Assembly: GCA_000165425.1 (NCBI GenBank)
Contig: CT868085.1
Location: 1-64,000 of the forward strand
DNA length: 64,000 nt
DNA from: Paramecium tetraurelia
Taxonomy: Eukaryota
Direction of reading: 5' to 3'
Of the stretch, positions 10,530 to 25,200 are shown in pieces; the first letter of the stretch is position 1; every line of letters begins with the position of its first letter. The notes beneath the pieces were generated by a model. It was not told where the DNA came from. It did no database searches and saw only the letters and a program-made list of their open reading frames with translations. Position numbers and translations under genes: made by a program.

Positions 10530-13500
10530 TCACTTTCTAATTCTAATTTTCTGCATTATCTTGTCGGATTCTGATGGATCCCATTTTCTTAATATTAATT
10601 TCATTATATGCAACGGTAACCAACTGATTGTTACTAAAATAAGGACATTAATTATGAATTTTTAATCGATATCTGCTAAATTTATATAACTCTATAGGAA
10701 TATAATTGATCCTGCATAGACTATTAAAGTGAACATCTCAGCAATAAACATTACAAATCTAAAGTTATTCACTTCTGTAAACACATTTAATAATTCAGCT
10801 ACTATTAAACTACTAAATGTTACTGTAACTAAATCAAGAAATGTGTTTTAAAATACAGCAAAACTATATACCATTATAACAGCAGCTAGATAATTTAGTT
10901 AACTATTACCTTGATAAACAGATTTAAACAACCACAGCAAAAAGGTTTTCACTGTCAACTCTCTACCTTTTAGCAGGGCTTTATATAATTCTGTGTATTC
11001 GAGAGCTTTTTCCTTCGTTACATCTTAATCAAAAATTAAACAAAAAACTGGAAACATTGTGTAGACTGTGGCATATCCTAACATCAACCAACCATTATAG
11101 ATAGGAATAGCCACAAAATAAAAAACAATAGAGAATATGGTTTATATGGATGCAATTACTAGCCCCCTATGCATGACAAACTGAGCCATGACAGAAGTTC
11201 TCTTATAGGCCAACCTGCCATGCCATAAAAGTAACACAGCTAAGTGCTTAAACTTTAAAATAGAAAAATCACTGGCTAATGCTGCTTACTTTCCTTCTTT
11301 GCCAACTATTCCAACACCTACATCGGCAGCTTAGATCATAGCAACATCGTTTCCTCCATCTCCAATAGATAGAACTGTCTTTTAAGTATGCTCTTTTATC
11401 AATTCTGTGACTTATGCTTTTTAGGTTGGTGAGCATCTACAACATACAACTGCAGGAGCATTACAAGCAACATGAAAAAATGCTGTGTGCTGGAACTCAA
11501 GAGCAACCTTTAAGGATTATCCATCTATAACTAGAACGCTATTATTTTTAAGAGCAAATTAATTAAGCTCATTTTGTAAGATTAAAGAATCTTCTATATC
11601 CTTAATTACAAACATTTCTTAAGTAGGACTTTTCAATCCAGTACTAATTGCTATGCATTAAGCTGTTTCGACTTTATCTCCAGTTAACATCCAGATTTAT
11701 ATTCCTGCATTTTTTAAAGATTCCAAAGTTGCATAAATGTCTTCCTACAGCATATCTTCAACTCCTGTTAATCCCAGTAATTCCATATCATTTTCGTAAA
11801 AGTCTAAAACCTTTGAACAACGAGCCTCTCTATCTTCCATCTAATTCTTTGCTTTCTCATATTCTGCGGTAAAATTTTTCAGATCATCTTCTGTTAAGTA
11901 CTTTTAAGTTATCACCAAAGTTCTTAATCCTTCTCTACTTAAACTTTCGCATTCATCCATCAAAAATCCTCTTTAAACTTCTGGAACCTTTTATTTCATT
12001 ACTGAATCTGCTCCTTTTAAATAAAAGATAGCACCTTTTTATCCTTACATTTGCAATATTATACCCATTCTTTTCCTTTCAGATGTGAATGGAAACTCAT
12101 ATAATATTTTATATGATTCTGGTGTTCCTCCTGCATTTTGAATATTTATTTCTGTGAATTATCTATTTACTAATTTAAAACCAACATCTTCTGCAAAGTT
12201 GACTAATGCAATTTCATCTGGGCTGCTTGCCTAAAATGTCCTTTATCCATCTTCTTCTACAGGAGTAACGTTATGACATAATGACAAAGCAGAAATTAGG
12301 TCTCTTACAATTTAATCTTTATTTCTTTTAAAAGGCTTTATTTTCTTACCCCCTTACTCTTGATACTTTTTTAAAATATCTTCCATAGGATATTTACTAT
12401 TAGTGCAGTGCTTCTTTATCATTTTCTTTAATAAGCCTAAGGTTTCAACTGAAAAGGACATCCTCTCTAACGATAGCTTTTTAAAAATCATTGTATTTTA
12501 AGTCAATGTACCAGTTTTATCAGTTAACACATAAGAAATTCTACCTAATTCTTCAGGTATTGTACTATTTCTGGCAATTGATCCTTCAATATCCTTATCA
12601 TTAGAAATGCAATAGGAAAAATACAATTTGGAAAAGTCTAGATTAACTCTTAAAGATATTGGAATGATTGAACTTAATAATAAGACATGTCTAAATAATT
12701 AAAGTAACCATTCATTTTAAAATCCACTGCTTAATACAATAGTAAATGCGGTACAAACTAACAATACACATAACAATTTAGCTAATTAATTTAATTCATC
12801 ATCTAATCTTCCCATCTTCGTTCTTGGTTCTCTTGAATTTAGCGCAGATCTACATTCTTTTCCTGTGTAAACCACTACAGCCTATATCTTCCCAGAGGCC
12901 AAAAATGTGTTACACCATAGAGTGTTTTCTAATGATAATGCTTCTCTCTAGCCTTCTCCACCACCAACCTCTAACTTAAACAAACCTTTAAAATCGTATA
13001 TATCTAATTTAGGGGGTTCACAAGTAATTGATGCATTGAGAGTTGTTAGATTTTTGTTCTAGCCATAATTTTATGTATGCCTAATAGCCTTTCTTAATTT
13101 CCAGTCAGTTTCTCCATCCAATTAATCTGTCCTAATGAAAACTGTTCCTGTTACATCATTTGTGTGGAGCAATATTAAGTCGGCAGGTATTCTTTAATTT
13201 GCATGAACTTCTATAATATCTCCTACTTTTAATTGCCAACTTTAAAGTTATAATGTTTTATCTTTTCCAATTTAAGTATATTCTTGCGAATTAGCCTCTT
13301 TATCTCTTTTATACCTTTAAAAGTCATCATAAGCTTCTTTAAGCAATGTTAGGATCAATACGAATGCTAATGGAGCAACATAACTAAATAAAAATCCCAC
13401 TTTAAGTAAGGGTACAAATTATGATAGTGTGATTAACAAAAATATTAGATTGAAAAAGTATTTAAATTGTTGATAGAGCACCATAGGAACGAATGACAAA

Positions 13501-13769
13501 ATATTGTACTTTTAGTTTTTTACTATATTTGGCAAATTATTTTAAGGATAGACCTTTCCATCCAAATAAATAATTCTTTATTCAACTTCTTTATCTGGTG
13601 GTTTAAGCAGATCATTAAATTAATTCTTAATTTTTTCGAAAAACCCTTATGTTTGGATTTAGGGCTCCTATGGTTCGATTAATTACTGCTTAAGGGGTTC
13701 CTACCCATTATTATCAAATCGCCAACCTTGAACAGCTTTATGATTGGTTCCAGTTAATTCAAACTCCAT
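10530..13769 (-). CDS. P4-type ATPase phospholipid flippase, ATP9/Neo1 subfamily
   Basis: [72 protein letters not shown]. Span is 3240 nt (1080 codons), apparently intronless. Confidence 0.95.
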
Positions 13770-13815
13770 TAGGAAATTGTTATTTATTTTATATTAATCA
13801 AAAATAGGTTTTTCG

Positions 13816-14717
13816 ATGTTTAACACTTCTTCAGGTTAAAGAATTAGATATGTTAAGGAAGCATCGGGAGCAAAGTCAACCACCTAAAGTTTTAAATATA
13901 AATCTAAAGAATGCGATTTATCAGCAAATGATAGCACATCATCAGCTCACCTTAAACCTTTAATTTAAGTGTACGATTTAATCAATATAAATCAGCAAAT
14001 AATCTTATAATTAGCCCTTTGCAACAGCTTTACCTTTGCGAAAGTTGGCAAGTCCTTAAAAGTAAGTCCCGATGGATGGGAGAATTGTTGAGAGAACTTA
14101 CTCATCTGTTAGAACAAGCAATTATGTAAAGAGGTCGTCTGTTGCTCCTGAAAAAAGAGTAGAAAATAAAAGTGTTATTTATGAAAAAAGATCAATAAAA
14201 ATGCCGATTTGTCCTCCATCATCTACAAATGTAATTGAAGAGAAGCTTGAAGATGATTAAATCTAAGGCCAAGGCAGTGAAATGTAAAGTCAAAAAAGAA
14301 GGAAGAGTATCACATGTTTTGAGTTGACAGCTTACACTAATTAATAACAAGACAATCAGGAAATAATCGAGATGATGTCTAAATATTCAGAAAAAGAATT
14401 GGTAAGGTTAAATTTAAATTTAGAAACAAGTTTAAAATATAAGAGTGATAATAAATGGCCAATTTGATGAAAGAGAAATTCATGTAGACATTAGTTCAAT
14501 ACCCTTTGAATGGAGATTAGAGTAAATTGCATAATCATTAAATGAGATCTATAAATCATAATTTAATTAAAGTCTTCGCAATCCTGCTATTTCAGTACTT
14601 ATAGGAAAGATTTAGACCAAGAAGTTAAGTAAGGATATGAAAAAATATGAACTTGTTTTAATGTCTTTAAAAGGACAACTCAAAGAATCTTTGATAGTAT
14701 TAGAAGATAGTTCTTGA
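13816..14717 (+). CDS. Hypothetical protein
   Basis: Continuous code-6 frame MFNTSSGQ...LIVLEDSS* with two tiny introns. No recognisable domain. Confidence 0.7.
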
Positions 14718-14775
14718 TTATATATAGTGATGCTGTTATTTTATATTTCAAACTTTTAATTAAAGTGTCTTCTAT

Positions 14776-15976
14776 TCACATTTATTCAATAGATCTAATA
14801 ATAGAAGGCAAATCTATTTCCCTATTCATCCTTAAGATTTAGCCATTCTAATTGTCAATTAGTTGAATCCAATGTGGACATAACTTTATTAATTAATCAA
14901 TATAAGTTTTTAATTAATTTTCATCTAGAATAAACTATTTTAAACTATTTAAACTGTATTTCAAAACATTTGTTAAGAACATATTTGAAACATCTCTTAT
15001 AAGAAAATATTGATGAATTAATGAAGATATAGCTATTAATTACTTTTTTGGCGCTGAAAGATCAGTTTAAACAATTTCTAGTTTCTTTTTTTATTTCAAT
15101 TTTTCTATTAAATTTTAACTGACTTTAGAATATGTTGGTTCTTTTGATACTTGACTTTGAATTTCATGTTTTTAAGTTTATTATTGGATTTATTTGGTTA
15201 ATGCATTGGTCTCTTAAGGTTTCGTTTGTAGATTTTATTAAAATGGATTTTAGGGTAAGGCTGCTAAGCCAATTTGTTCCCCATTTTTTTAGATGTAATC
15301 AAACATTAATTATTTAAAGTAATGTAAACGTTCCCCCAACTAGACATGAGATTTTAAATTGGCTTTTATGATTAAATCACTTCTGTCTAATCTTATTAAT
15401 TTTTCATTCAAAGACCAATTAATATCATAAGCATTTGGAAAGATTTCCAATATTTATTGAATAATTTATTAAGTGACTTTAATTTTAGAATTTTGGCTCA
15501 ATAATTCGTAAATTGTATTTAAGAATGGCGGTTTTTATTAGCTTTGGAGAAATAAAAGCATTTCATCAATTTCTTTGAAAAAGTGGCACAAACTGGAATA
15601 TTTACTATGCATGAGCATTTTGTCAATAGAAGTAATCAAATGAAGATTAGAGAATCTTTCCCTTAAGGATCCTTTAGCCAAAATTGAGGACACGCTCTCT
15701 ATTTTTTAAGGAGTCTTTTCTTTCTTTTCACTTGGTTACTTCTATTGCAGACTTTCAAAGTAGTCAATGCCGTTATAAGTTGAAGAATCCTCATTTAATT
15801 ATTATACTATTTCTAATGAATTTAATGTACTCTAAATTTTTACTCTTCTTTTTGGCTCATACGTGTCCTCTGGTTCTACGTAGTTATTGTTTAATTTTGC
15901 CATTTTAAGTACTATAATGTAAATAAAATTTACCTTGTTAAGGCCTTTTCGTTTCTTTTTAGTAATTAGTTTCCAT
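14776..15976 (-). CDS. CDT1: Cdt1-like DNA replication licensing factor
   Basis: KYSSLCHFFKEIDEML...PFLNTI...IQQILEIFPNAY (middle winged helix), IGLAALPQNP, and C-terminal LIKLCPHWIQ..ILRMN. 5' exon structure not fully resolved. Confidence 0.7.
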
Positions 15977-16013
15977 CTAAAATAATTGTTAAAATTTATT
16001 CAATTAAAATATA

Positions 16014-17596
16014 ATGTTTAAGTATTTTAACAAAGAAAAGGAAAAGAAGAAATCATTGGTTATACAAAAAATAATGTCCGTTGAGGAATTCTTTTTGAGA
16101 GGGGAGTATGAAATTTCAAGTGATGTTTGGAAAATGAATTCTACTTAATTGGAAGAAACAATAAATAAGTAAGAGAAATTCATAAAACATCTATAAACGT
16201 TATATTAATAAGTATAACTTCTACGGTATCTTAGTAATTAGAGTTTATAGAAGGTGATAAAATAAAATAGGAGGATAACCTTAGGAAATTAAAAAATCAT
16301 TTAGAGGAACTTGAAATTAAGAATGGTATAGTAGATTATATAATTAGAAAGCAATATTTAATAGAAAGAATTGATAGAGTAGCAGTATAAAGAAATTTAT
16401 TTAAAGTTTTAACCTAAAGAACATAAGGATATGTTAATTTAAACTGAAGGAAATAATTAACAAGAAGAAGAATTAAACAGACTGAGAAATTAATGTGAAA
16501 AGATGTGTGAAGAAATTCAAAGATTGCAGGAGGAGAATGACGACCTATCAGTCGCATTGGAAGCTGAAAAGAAGCATAAGAGTTCGCTTTAAAACCAAAA
16601 TAATTAAAAACTATAATAGTTGGAATTACATATTTAGTAATTATAACTTGAACACAACAAAGAGCTTGAAGCCTTGCAAATTAGATTAACTAATAATTTT
16701 TCAGTTGATGTCAATTCAAAAACTAAAGAATTAGAAAGTAAAGTTTTGTAAGAGAAAATTAAATGTGATTAAAAATTTAAAGATTGTTAAAGGCTTGAAG
16801 ATGAGATTAGAGAATTAAAATAGCATTTAGAACAACAGACAACAAAATATGAATAGAGAGAAGGCAAATTATAACTATTAGAATAAAAGAGGACAAGAGA
16901 TAAAAATACAATATAAAAATTATAATGCGACTTGTAATCAAACAAATAACATTTGTCTGAATAAAATATTAAATTAATAAATGAAATTAGCAAAGCTAAT
17001 AATGAGCTATACGAGTTAAAATAAAAATTAGAAAAATTAGAACAATAGCAGAATTAAAAAGAAAAAGTTGTTGACTAATTCGAAGTTTAAGAAAAATAAC
17101 TCAAAATTTAGTAATTAGAATTAATTATTTATGATCAATAAAACACGATAAACATTTTAGAAAAGTATATATATTTGATTTATTTAGAAAAATTGATTAA
17201 TTGGAATCATCATCAATTATTAAGATATCAGAATTGGAGAAGATTATAGAATAATTGAATATAAAAAGAGAAAATGCTAGAAAAGAAATATCAGAATTAT
17301 CTCTTAAATTGTAGAGCATGCATTAGGATCTTAACACAAGCACATCCAGCAAGCACCAAGCTAAATCCTCCAATATTGGACACAATAAGTAAAAATTTCT
17401 ATTGTTTCCAACACTCAAACAAATGCTAAGTGATGTCAGAAAAAAAGAAGATAGCAGCTATAAATTATATATGCAAGCTATTGTTACAGAATTCAAAAAT
17501 CAAAAAGAAATAATTGCTTTGGAAACAGCTTTGAATGATGTTTCAAGAATGACTCAAGACATACTTGATCTTCTTGACGAAATGGGATTAATTTGA
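16014..17596 (+). CDS. Long coiled-coil protein
   Basis: E/K/Q/L-rich heptad frame in code 6 with tiny introns, ending DILDLLDEMGLI*. Confidence 0.75.
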
Positions 17597-17972
17597 ATAA
17601 GAAGTTAATTGTAATTTTTGATATTAATTATATTTACCTTATTTATTCAATATTATTGGATTCTATAAATAATGCATTATTCATTTAATTAAACTCATCA
17701 GATTCTTTACCTTTTCGATTTCAGTAAACAATTCATTAAATTATGCTAATGTTAATTCAAAATGAGTGGTTTCTTCTATCATGTTTTTATCAATTGTTTT
17801 GATCTTAAGCTATAGGAAGCAATCACTATAATTTTCTTTAGAACTATTTGCAGTAGCAACTGAAATATGATGAATTTTAAACTTGAAAATCTCCATTCTA
17901 CATCCAACATCTTTTTATTTGCTATGAATTCCTATACGCTCATAAATGTTGTAATTAATTATAATTAATATT

Positions 17973-18900
17973 ATGTAAGTGTTAAGATTTGATTAGTTAG
18001 TTAACCCAAGTCCATAGTTAGAAGAGTTATGTAAATGTATGATTTGTTTGGAAATATTTATTGATCCAATGTGTTGTGAAAGTTGTGAAAATCATTTTTG
18101 TTAAACCTGCTTAACAACTTAGAGTTAGAATTAATCTGCGCGAAGTTGTCCGGTTTGTAATAAACTAAAAGAAAAATAAGGACAGCGTATCTTAAAAAAT
18201 ATGCTTAATGATCTTATAAATAAAATGGATGCCTATAAATTTTGAAATATTCCTAATACTTTTCTCATATTAAATCATACTATTTCAAATAAGTTAAATG
18301 CGAATATGATGGATGCAACATAGACATTCTCTTAAAAGAAAGGAATCAACATTATAATATATGTCCTTTTAAACTTTTATAATGTAGATGGTGTTCAAAA
18401 GTGATATTGAGAAAAAAACTCGAACAACATGAATTAAACGAATGTTTATAAAGAAAGGTTTAATGTGGCGAATGCTTATCAGAAGTTTCTCATGATACAA
18501 AATCAGAAAGATAAATGCCCAGAAAATATTGTAACATAAATATTAATTATCTATTTTAGCATAAATGTTAATTATGCTTATAACATATAAAATTAAAAGA
18601 TTTAAAATTTGACGATAACAATGAATGTCCTGAAGTTATCATTAAGTGTTCAGGATGTTAAGAGCAACTAAAGAGAACTAAAATAATATAACACAGACAA
18701 TCTTGTAATCTGTGAAGAACTTTCACAATAAGTTAGCTAACTATCTAGGTTGTAATAATAAATTAAATTTTCCAAATATTTTAAAAAATGATAAGTTTGC
18801 CTTATTAAATTTAAATGACAATAATTAAGAAGATAGACTGATTGCTATTAAAAATTCAAAAATAGAATTATTGAAATTGAATTTCTTCATATTTCAGATT
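17973..18900 (+). pseudogene. RING + TRAF-type zinc-finger gene, disrupted
   Basis: CMICLEIFIDPMCCESCENHFCQTC..CPVC RING, then HYNICPFKLLQCRWC and HELNECLQRKVQCGEC. In-frame TGA at 18243 and later frameshifts. Confidence 0.7.
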
Positions 18901-19260
18901 TGAATGTCTATGTAGGAATCACAACAAGATAAAATATAATCAACCCAATAGATTATTCAAAACTTAATCATTAATCTTATTTATTTTGTGCTAATGGCTT
19001 AGTGTATGGAAAGAAGAAAATGGAAAAAAACAAAATTTTGGTTTCGTTATAGGCCAAAAATTAGAACTGCTTTACAATGACCAATTTGTAAGTATTAAAA
19101 ATTGCACTACTTAGTAATATCTTAAGTATAATATATCTTTGGATTACTTTAATAAAAATGACACTGATATCTATCCAGTTGTCTGCTTAAGGAATACTTA
19201 AGATAAAGTTCGTATTTTAAATTGAAATTTATAATATTTATTTAGATAATAACATTAAAC

Positions 19261-21370
19261 TCATAATTATTAATCTTCTTCATCGTCTTCCTAAAACTCC
19301 ATTTAATTATATTTGTTGACATTTAGATTTTGACTTTTTTCTTCAGCAGTTAGTACCCTTTTCACTACTACATACCCTATTAAAATGACAAAAACAAAAA
19401 CTGCACTTATTATTATATATAAAAGGATATCATTCAAATTGAAGGATTTTGGACATTAAGTTTCTATTGGTCCTAAATCTAAACTTATTGAATTATATAA
19501 ATATATACCCTCCTAAACATTAAGTCAACTTGATGTATCCTTGAGTCTTGAAAAAGGTTTTTCCTGGTTCACAATAATCAGAAATATTTGCAATGGGTAG
19601 ACATTCTCCTCCTTCTAATTAACTAACATAACCTTAGGCACATATCCAATCTTCCCTTTTACATGGACAAGGTTCAATTATTTTTTTGGTAATCATCTAT
19701 TTAGGATTAAAACACTCCGAGTTTTCTTTTTTCCTAAAGTATTTAGTTTAAGATCCATCAATACATTTGGAGTTCCAAATATCATAATCTAAATTAGATT
19801 TACACTCTTTTGAAAAAATATCGCTAAAATCCAATTTTAAAATTATCCCTTCTCCTTTATCGGTTTTGCCATAAATTAGAAAATATCTAACAGTTCCAGA
19901 TGCTTCAGTAACTAAATTTTAGGCCATGAAAAGATCATCGTAAATGATTTTAGTTTTCCATGTTTTTCCATAATCAAGAGAATATATTATTTCATTAGTG
20001 GGTTCGTAGTCTTTGGCCATAACAATGACGCCTCCAAAATCAGCTATTTCAAAAACATGAGATCCTTTTCTGACTTCAATCCAATTCTATCCTCCATCAG
20101 CTGACATATATGTATTTTATTCTTATGTGATAAATACTCCAACATTTCCAACACCTAAAACAATACCTGGTGCTTAATCTACAGTGTAAATAGTTTATCT
20201 ATAAGATTCCGTTCTTCCAACAAAGTGCAAAGAGCATTCTCCTCCACATTCTACAACATTCTCTTCTGAATCATATTTTGGAGCCTTTATTGATTCCCAT
20301 TTCTTTCCTCCATTAAAACTGATAACAGTTGATTTATCTTTCTAATCTCTTTAGTCATATGTATTTGCAACATAAGTAGATGTTAGACCTAAAAGCTTTT
20401 CAAAATCACAGTTTCCATCTTATGTTGATCTCACATTATTTGTTAAAACAATTTAAAAATCTTCGCCTATTTAATTACTGATATACACATTTGTTATTGA
20501 TTGCTCTTACTAATAATGAGATACTGATAAGTATATTCTACCATTTTCAGTATCAAGAACAGTATAAGAATACTCCTTTAAAATTTATAATGGCAACTCC
20601 ACCAATTTCTCTGAAAATTCTTCAAGTTTAGAATGACCGTAATGCAATTCATACCCTCCATTACTGGAAGAAGTTAAAACAAAAAGATATTTAGTGGTTT
20701 AATAGTAGCCTTAAGCACCAATCATTAAGGTATGATAATTGGCAAAATTATCAGAGTAGATCAATTATGTTTGATTTTCATAAGAAAATAATACAATCGA
20801 CCTTTCATCTGGAACTGTAATGTCCTCTATGATTTTATCCCATGATGCTTCTCTACAATTCTTAAATGATGGCAACCAAGTCTTTGCTCCATCTTCAGAA
20901 TAAAACAATTAATTGTTATATGGTTCTCTACAATCCATGTCGAAATGATCACATTATTATTTTTTAAATGCTAGCATCCATTTCCAACTCATTTTATTTA
21001 ATCTAAATCCATAAAAGCCATTAGTGTCAATTTCCTCGAAATTTTCACCACAATCATTTGTTCTATAGCTTTTTTAACCATTTTGTCCAAATAAAAATAT
21101 GACACGTGAATCTGCAGGTGAAATCTAAATATCTTCAAATAAACCCTCAATTTAATTCCAAACAGTTCCATTACTCTGATATATCTAGTGGGCTTCAGTA
21201 ATAAAAAATATTGTCTTCTCTTCTTCCAAACCCTGAAATTAAGGTATGGTTTCATCTTCTCTGGTGTAAATAATTGAAGCTCCACACCAAACTATTTATG
21301 TAATAGGCCTTTCTACAATAATTGCACAAGTGAGGACAAGTAGAAAAGGTAAGAAACGAATTTCCAACAT
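19261..21370 (-). CDS. Sortilin / VPS10-domain sorting receptor
   Basis: Signal peptide, BNR boxes (YSEDGAKTW, SFNGGKKW, SADGGQNW, SLDYGKTW), GIVLGVGNVG, ADFGGVIV, Cys-rich 10CC region, TM segment and acidic tail EDDEEDQQL*. Confidence 0.92.
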
Positions 21371-21398
21371 AATCGTGTTTAATTTTAATAATTATAAT

Positions 21399-22175
21399 TC
21401 AACAACATTGTGAACTTTTTTTATTTGTATTCCCAATTACCTAAGTCGATGTAATTTAGCCTATTTTCATATTTTAGCCGGATTCAGCTTTTATAGAATT
21501 TTAGCTTTTTTCTAGGACATTTTTTGCAATTGTCAAAAATGATTATTCAATATTGGTTGATAATTTTGCTGATGTTTCTATAAATTGCAATTTTAGTTGT
21601 TTCGCTTAAAATTTATTCGCTAAGTTACCTAATGCTTCCCCTTCTTCGTATGATACAGCCCTCTTATCATCCATATCGCATTTGTTTCCTACCAACATTC
21701 TTATCACATCTTCTTGAGCATACCTATGTAAATTTAATTAGTATACTTATCAATTTCGGACATCCACATTTTTACAGAGTCGAATGATTCTCTGTCAGTT
21801 ATATCATAAACAATGATAATCCCATGTGCTCCACTATTTTCAAAATATTCATTACCGATAATAGCTACATGTGATTGTTCTGAATCTGTCTTGACCTGCT
21901 GTATCCCACTAACAAAATGAAATATAATTTTACAATCTACAACTTTATATTTTTATTCTCTAAGAATATCGATTTGATTTTCTACTTGTTTAAATAATAA
22001 ATTACAAAATCCACTCCAATTGTGTTATAAAAATTATTTGTAAAATTATTATCGACATATCTCATCAACATACAGGATTTTCCAACTCCACTAGTACCAA
22101 TAAGTAACAATTTAAATAAGTGATCACTAATCCTAATCAATAATTATACTATTCAGTGCTTTCTTTATTCTGCAT
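21399..22175 (-). CDS. Rab GTPase, Rab1-like
   Basis: [45 protein letters not shown]-terminal CC. Five tiny introns. Confidence 0.93.
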
Positions 22176-22276
22176 TTCTTTAGGTTTATTCAGAAAATTT
22201 AATTTTAAAAAAATAATACAATTATAATTAATAATATTCCTTATTTTAATATTTATGTTGTTTTAATACTGTTCTT

Positions 22277-25200
22277 TCACCATTTTATCATGTCTCTCTT
22301 CAAATAGTTGAATAATCCAAAAGGAATTAATTATTTAAAATTCTAATTTAAATGAAAATTGGTACTTCATAGTTATCTTCTTTGATTCTGAAAATCTCTT
22401 CGATTACTGTTAATAGCATAAAGAAGTCCCCTAGAATCTCAGGTTATTTTTGTAGTTCTTTCGATTGTAACATAAAGAAGATAGTTGATTTTACGTAAAA
22501 TCTAAATATTTTATTGTAATCTCTACCCTAAATACGAAACAAACAAGGATGAATGCAATTAATTAAATTGGTTCAAAAATCCAATGATGCCCATCAACAA
22601 GCAATTTGGTTCATATTAAAATTGAGTATCCTTTGCTTTCTTTATTAGGCAATTCAATTTTTTATCAAAATCCATCAAAGGCAATTGGTGCAAAATCACT
22701 AGAGCTAAAATTAATGGAGTATGCCTATTATAATTTAATAAATGAATAATACTCAGGCATTTCGCATAAGGCATATATTTTTCTGAGAGGATCAGATAGC
22801 CCAACATAATTGAAAAGCTTTGTGAGATCAAACAACAAGTTATTTTCCATTTATGTTTTAATATCAGATTCCATAGTAGAATCATACTATCGATTGATGA
22901 AATCATTTATTATAGTATTATTTAGAGTCTCTAAACATAAGAATAATTTAGTTGATCCAACCTTAGCCTTCATTGATAACACCAAACAAATTAACTTCCT
23001 TAAATTTATGTATTATCCAATCTATTAGAGAGGATAAATGATTTTAGAAATGAGAGGTCTAAACTGCTTCGTCAATTATTTATAAACTTTATCATAGTTT
23101 TCGTCATAATTTGTAAATAACCTCACTTATTTAATGAGAGTATCAATAATATTCCTATTTTCTTAGTTTAGCTCAAGCTTTAATATTTTAACAATATCTT
23201 TCACTGTCTTTGATAGGTGTTAACTAAGTAACAAATCAATTCCATTTAATCCACTAACGCCGATACACTTCAATATTAATCCTATAGTTTTTAGATTTAA
23301 CACATCTTTTCCATTACTATCATAAAATCCTAGTGTTGATTCAACAAATACTATATCTCTTGGGTTTGTTATCAAAATTATTTAGTTCAATAGTCTTCCA
23401 ATAAAATTGATAGCCCCATACTGTTTGCTTTTTTCATCTGGCATAGGAATATCTTCGTCGTAACTTAATTCTTCGTACTCTTTATTCCCAGTAATCAAAC
23501 CTTTAAGTTCCATTGAAGTGTAGCATTCTATCAACCTATTAAATTCCTCTGTGAACATCTTTAGTCCTTATGCATTAACAAAATCCTATATTTGTTCCAT
23601 AGCTAATTTGAACCCATTGATTTCCTCTCCTAATTTAGATAGTTTGGTTTAAAAATCAGAAACATCTTTTTTTGGAAATATCAATTAAGAATCAAGGATT
23701 TTATGAATTAATGCCATCAATTCTTTTCTAATACCTTAATCAAGCATTTCTCTAGGATTCACTTCTATCGATCCTAATAAATAGGGATCAACTGTCAAAA
23801 TTGATTCTGTAAAGACAGAAATTGAATTTGTCAACTTTGCTATTTGAGTTCTATCTTCATATTAAGCGTAATCCTTCAACTCTATTTTATTAATTCTGGA
23901 AGGAAGTGGTTTCAATACAGATGTAATTAATGTAATAATATCTTGGAGTACTTCGAAAACTTAAATAGGAATAATTTGAAGAACTTCTTTAACAAATTTA
24001 ACTAGTTCTCCAGAATAGTATTTTGTGACACTATTTAAATCTGGACTTCCAGCTTATATGATACGAATAGTAGGGGTATTTAAAATTGAAGATAGTTTTT
24101 AGAAAGTAGTTTTAAGACTGAGAGCAGAATGAGGATTGCTCTAAACTTTAGCTTACATGAGATCTTTGTATCCTTTTAAGCATTGCCATGAGTAACTGAA
24201 ATCTGCAATATAAGAAATATGTGAGGGGAGAGTGCTCTTGATATGAACAATTTTGACCATATGTGTTAAATCTTTTCTGGTTTCATTTAAATAATGTTTA
24301 ACTTATATGGATGTTGAGATTTGAGGATATTATTCTATATCTTCTAATGCTTAAATTAATCTTTGAATTTTCCTTCCTGCATGAGTACTATCACTGTAAT
24401 TTAAAGATTATATTTAGTTACCCATCTCAATAAACCATTACGTATATGATTCATCTGCTTTAACCTTCCCCAAAGCCTTTCCACTAAAATAATCAGATAA
24501 TTCTTGCATTCTCTCAACACATTTAACTTTATCCTCATCCCAATACTATTATTTATTATCTATGATTGCTTTAATTGCTTTCAATAAACGATTTTCAAAT
24601 TTCGAACTCTACAAAAGTAACTGTAAAACTTCTTATTTATCAATTTTATTCAACAAATCTCTTGCTTTTGAAATTGTTGTATTAGAATGCAGTAAAATCC
24701 ATCTAATGGCTATATTACTTTCTCTAACACAGTTCATTAGAGATGATATTTTATCGAGAACAAATTCTTAGGTCATTTATCCTTCATAAAGATACTCTTG
24801 AACTTTATTAACTTATTCTGTTAGTTTAGTTTGATAGAACGCTCCTAATTCTTGAATATATTCAAAATTGATTGTGTTTTTTATTGCTTCTCTGGCTGCT
24901 GGATATGGATTCCATTATTCAGATAAATCGACAAAATAACCCAAATAAAATGATATCACCCATTAATCATAAAAATGTTTGTCAACAATTTCTCTCATTT
25001 TCGACTAAATTCTTAGAATTTTTTGATACCTTTTTATTATTCAATATGGTTGGTGTGAAAAACAGCAATACATACAACATTGACCCCTAGACTGATAAAG
25101 CGATTGATCTATGGTCAGCTGATGGATAAATGCTAGTAAATTTATAGATATCTTCATCTTTAATAGAATTGATCACTTCTGTTATGAGTTTCTCAGGTAA

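Noticed and set aside
18215..18292. Retained TA-bounded IES in the RING-TRAF gene
   Set aside because: No TA-to-TA excision I tried restores the frame; it is better explained as decayed introns plus a short exon.
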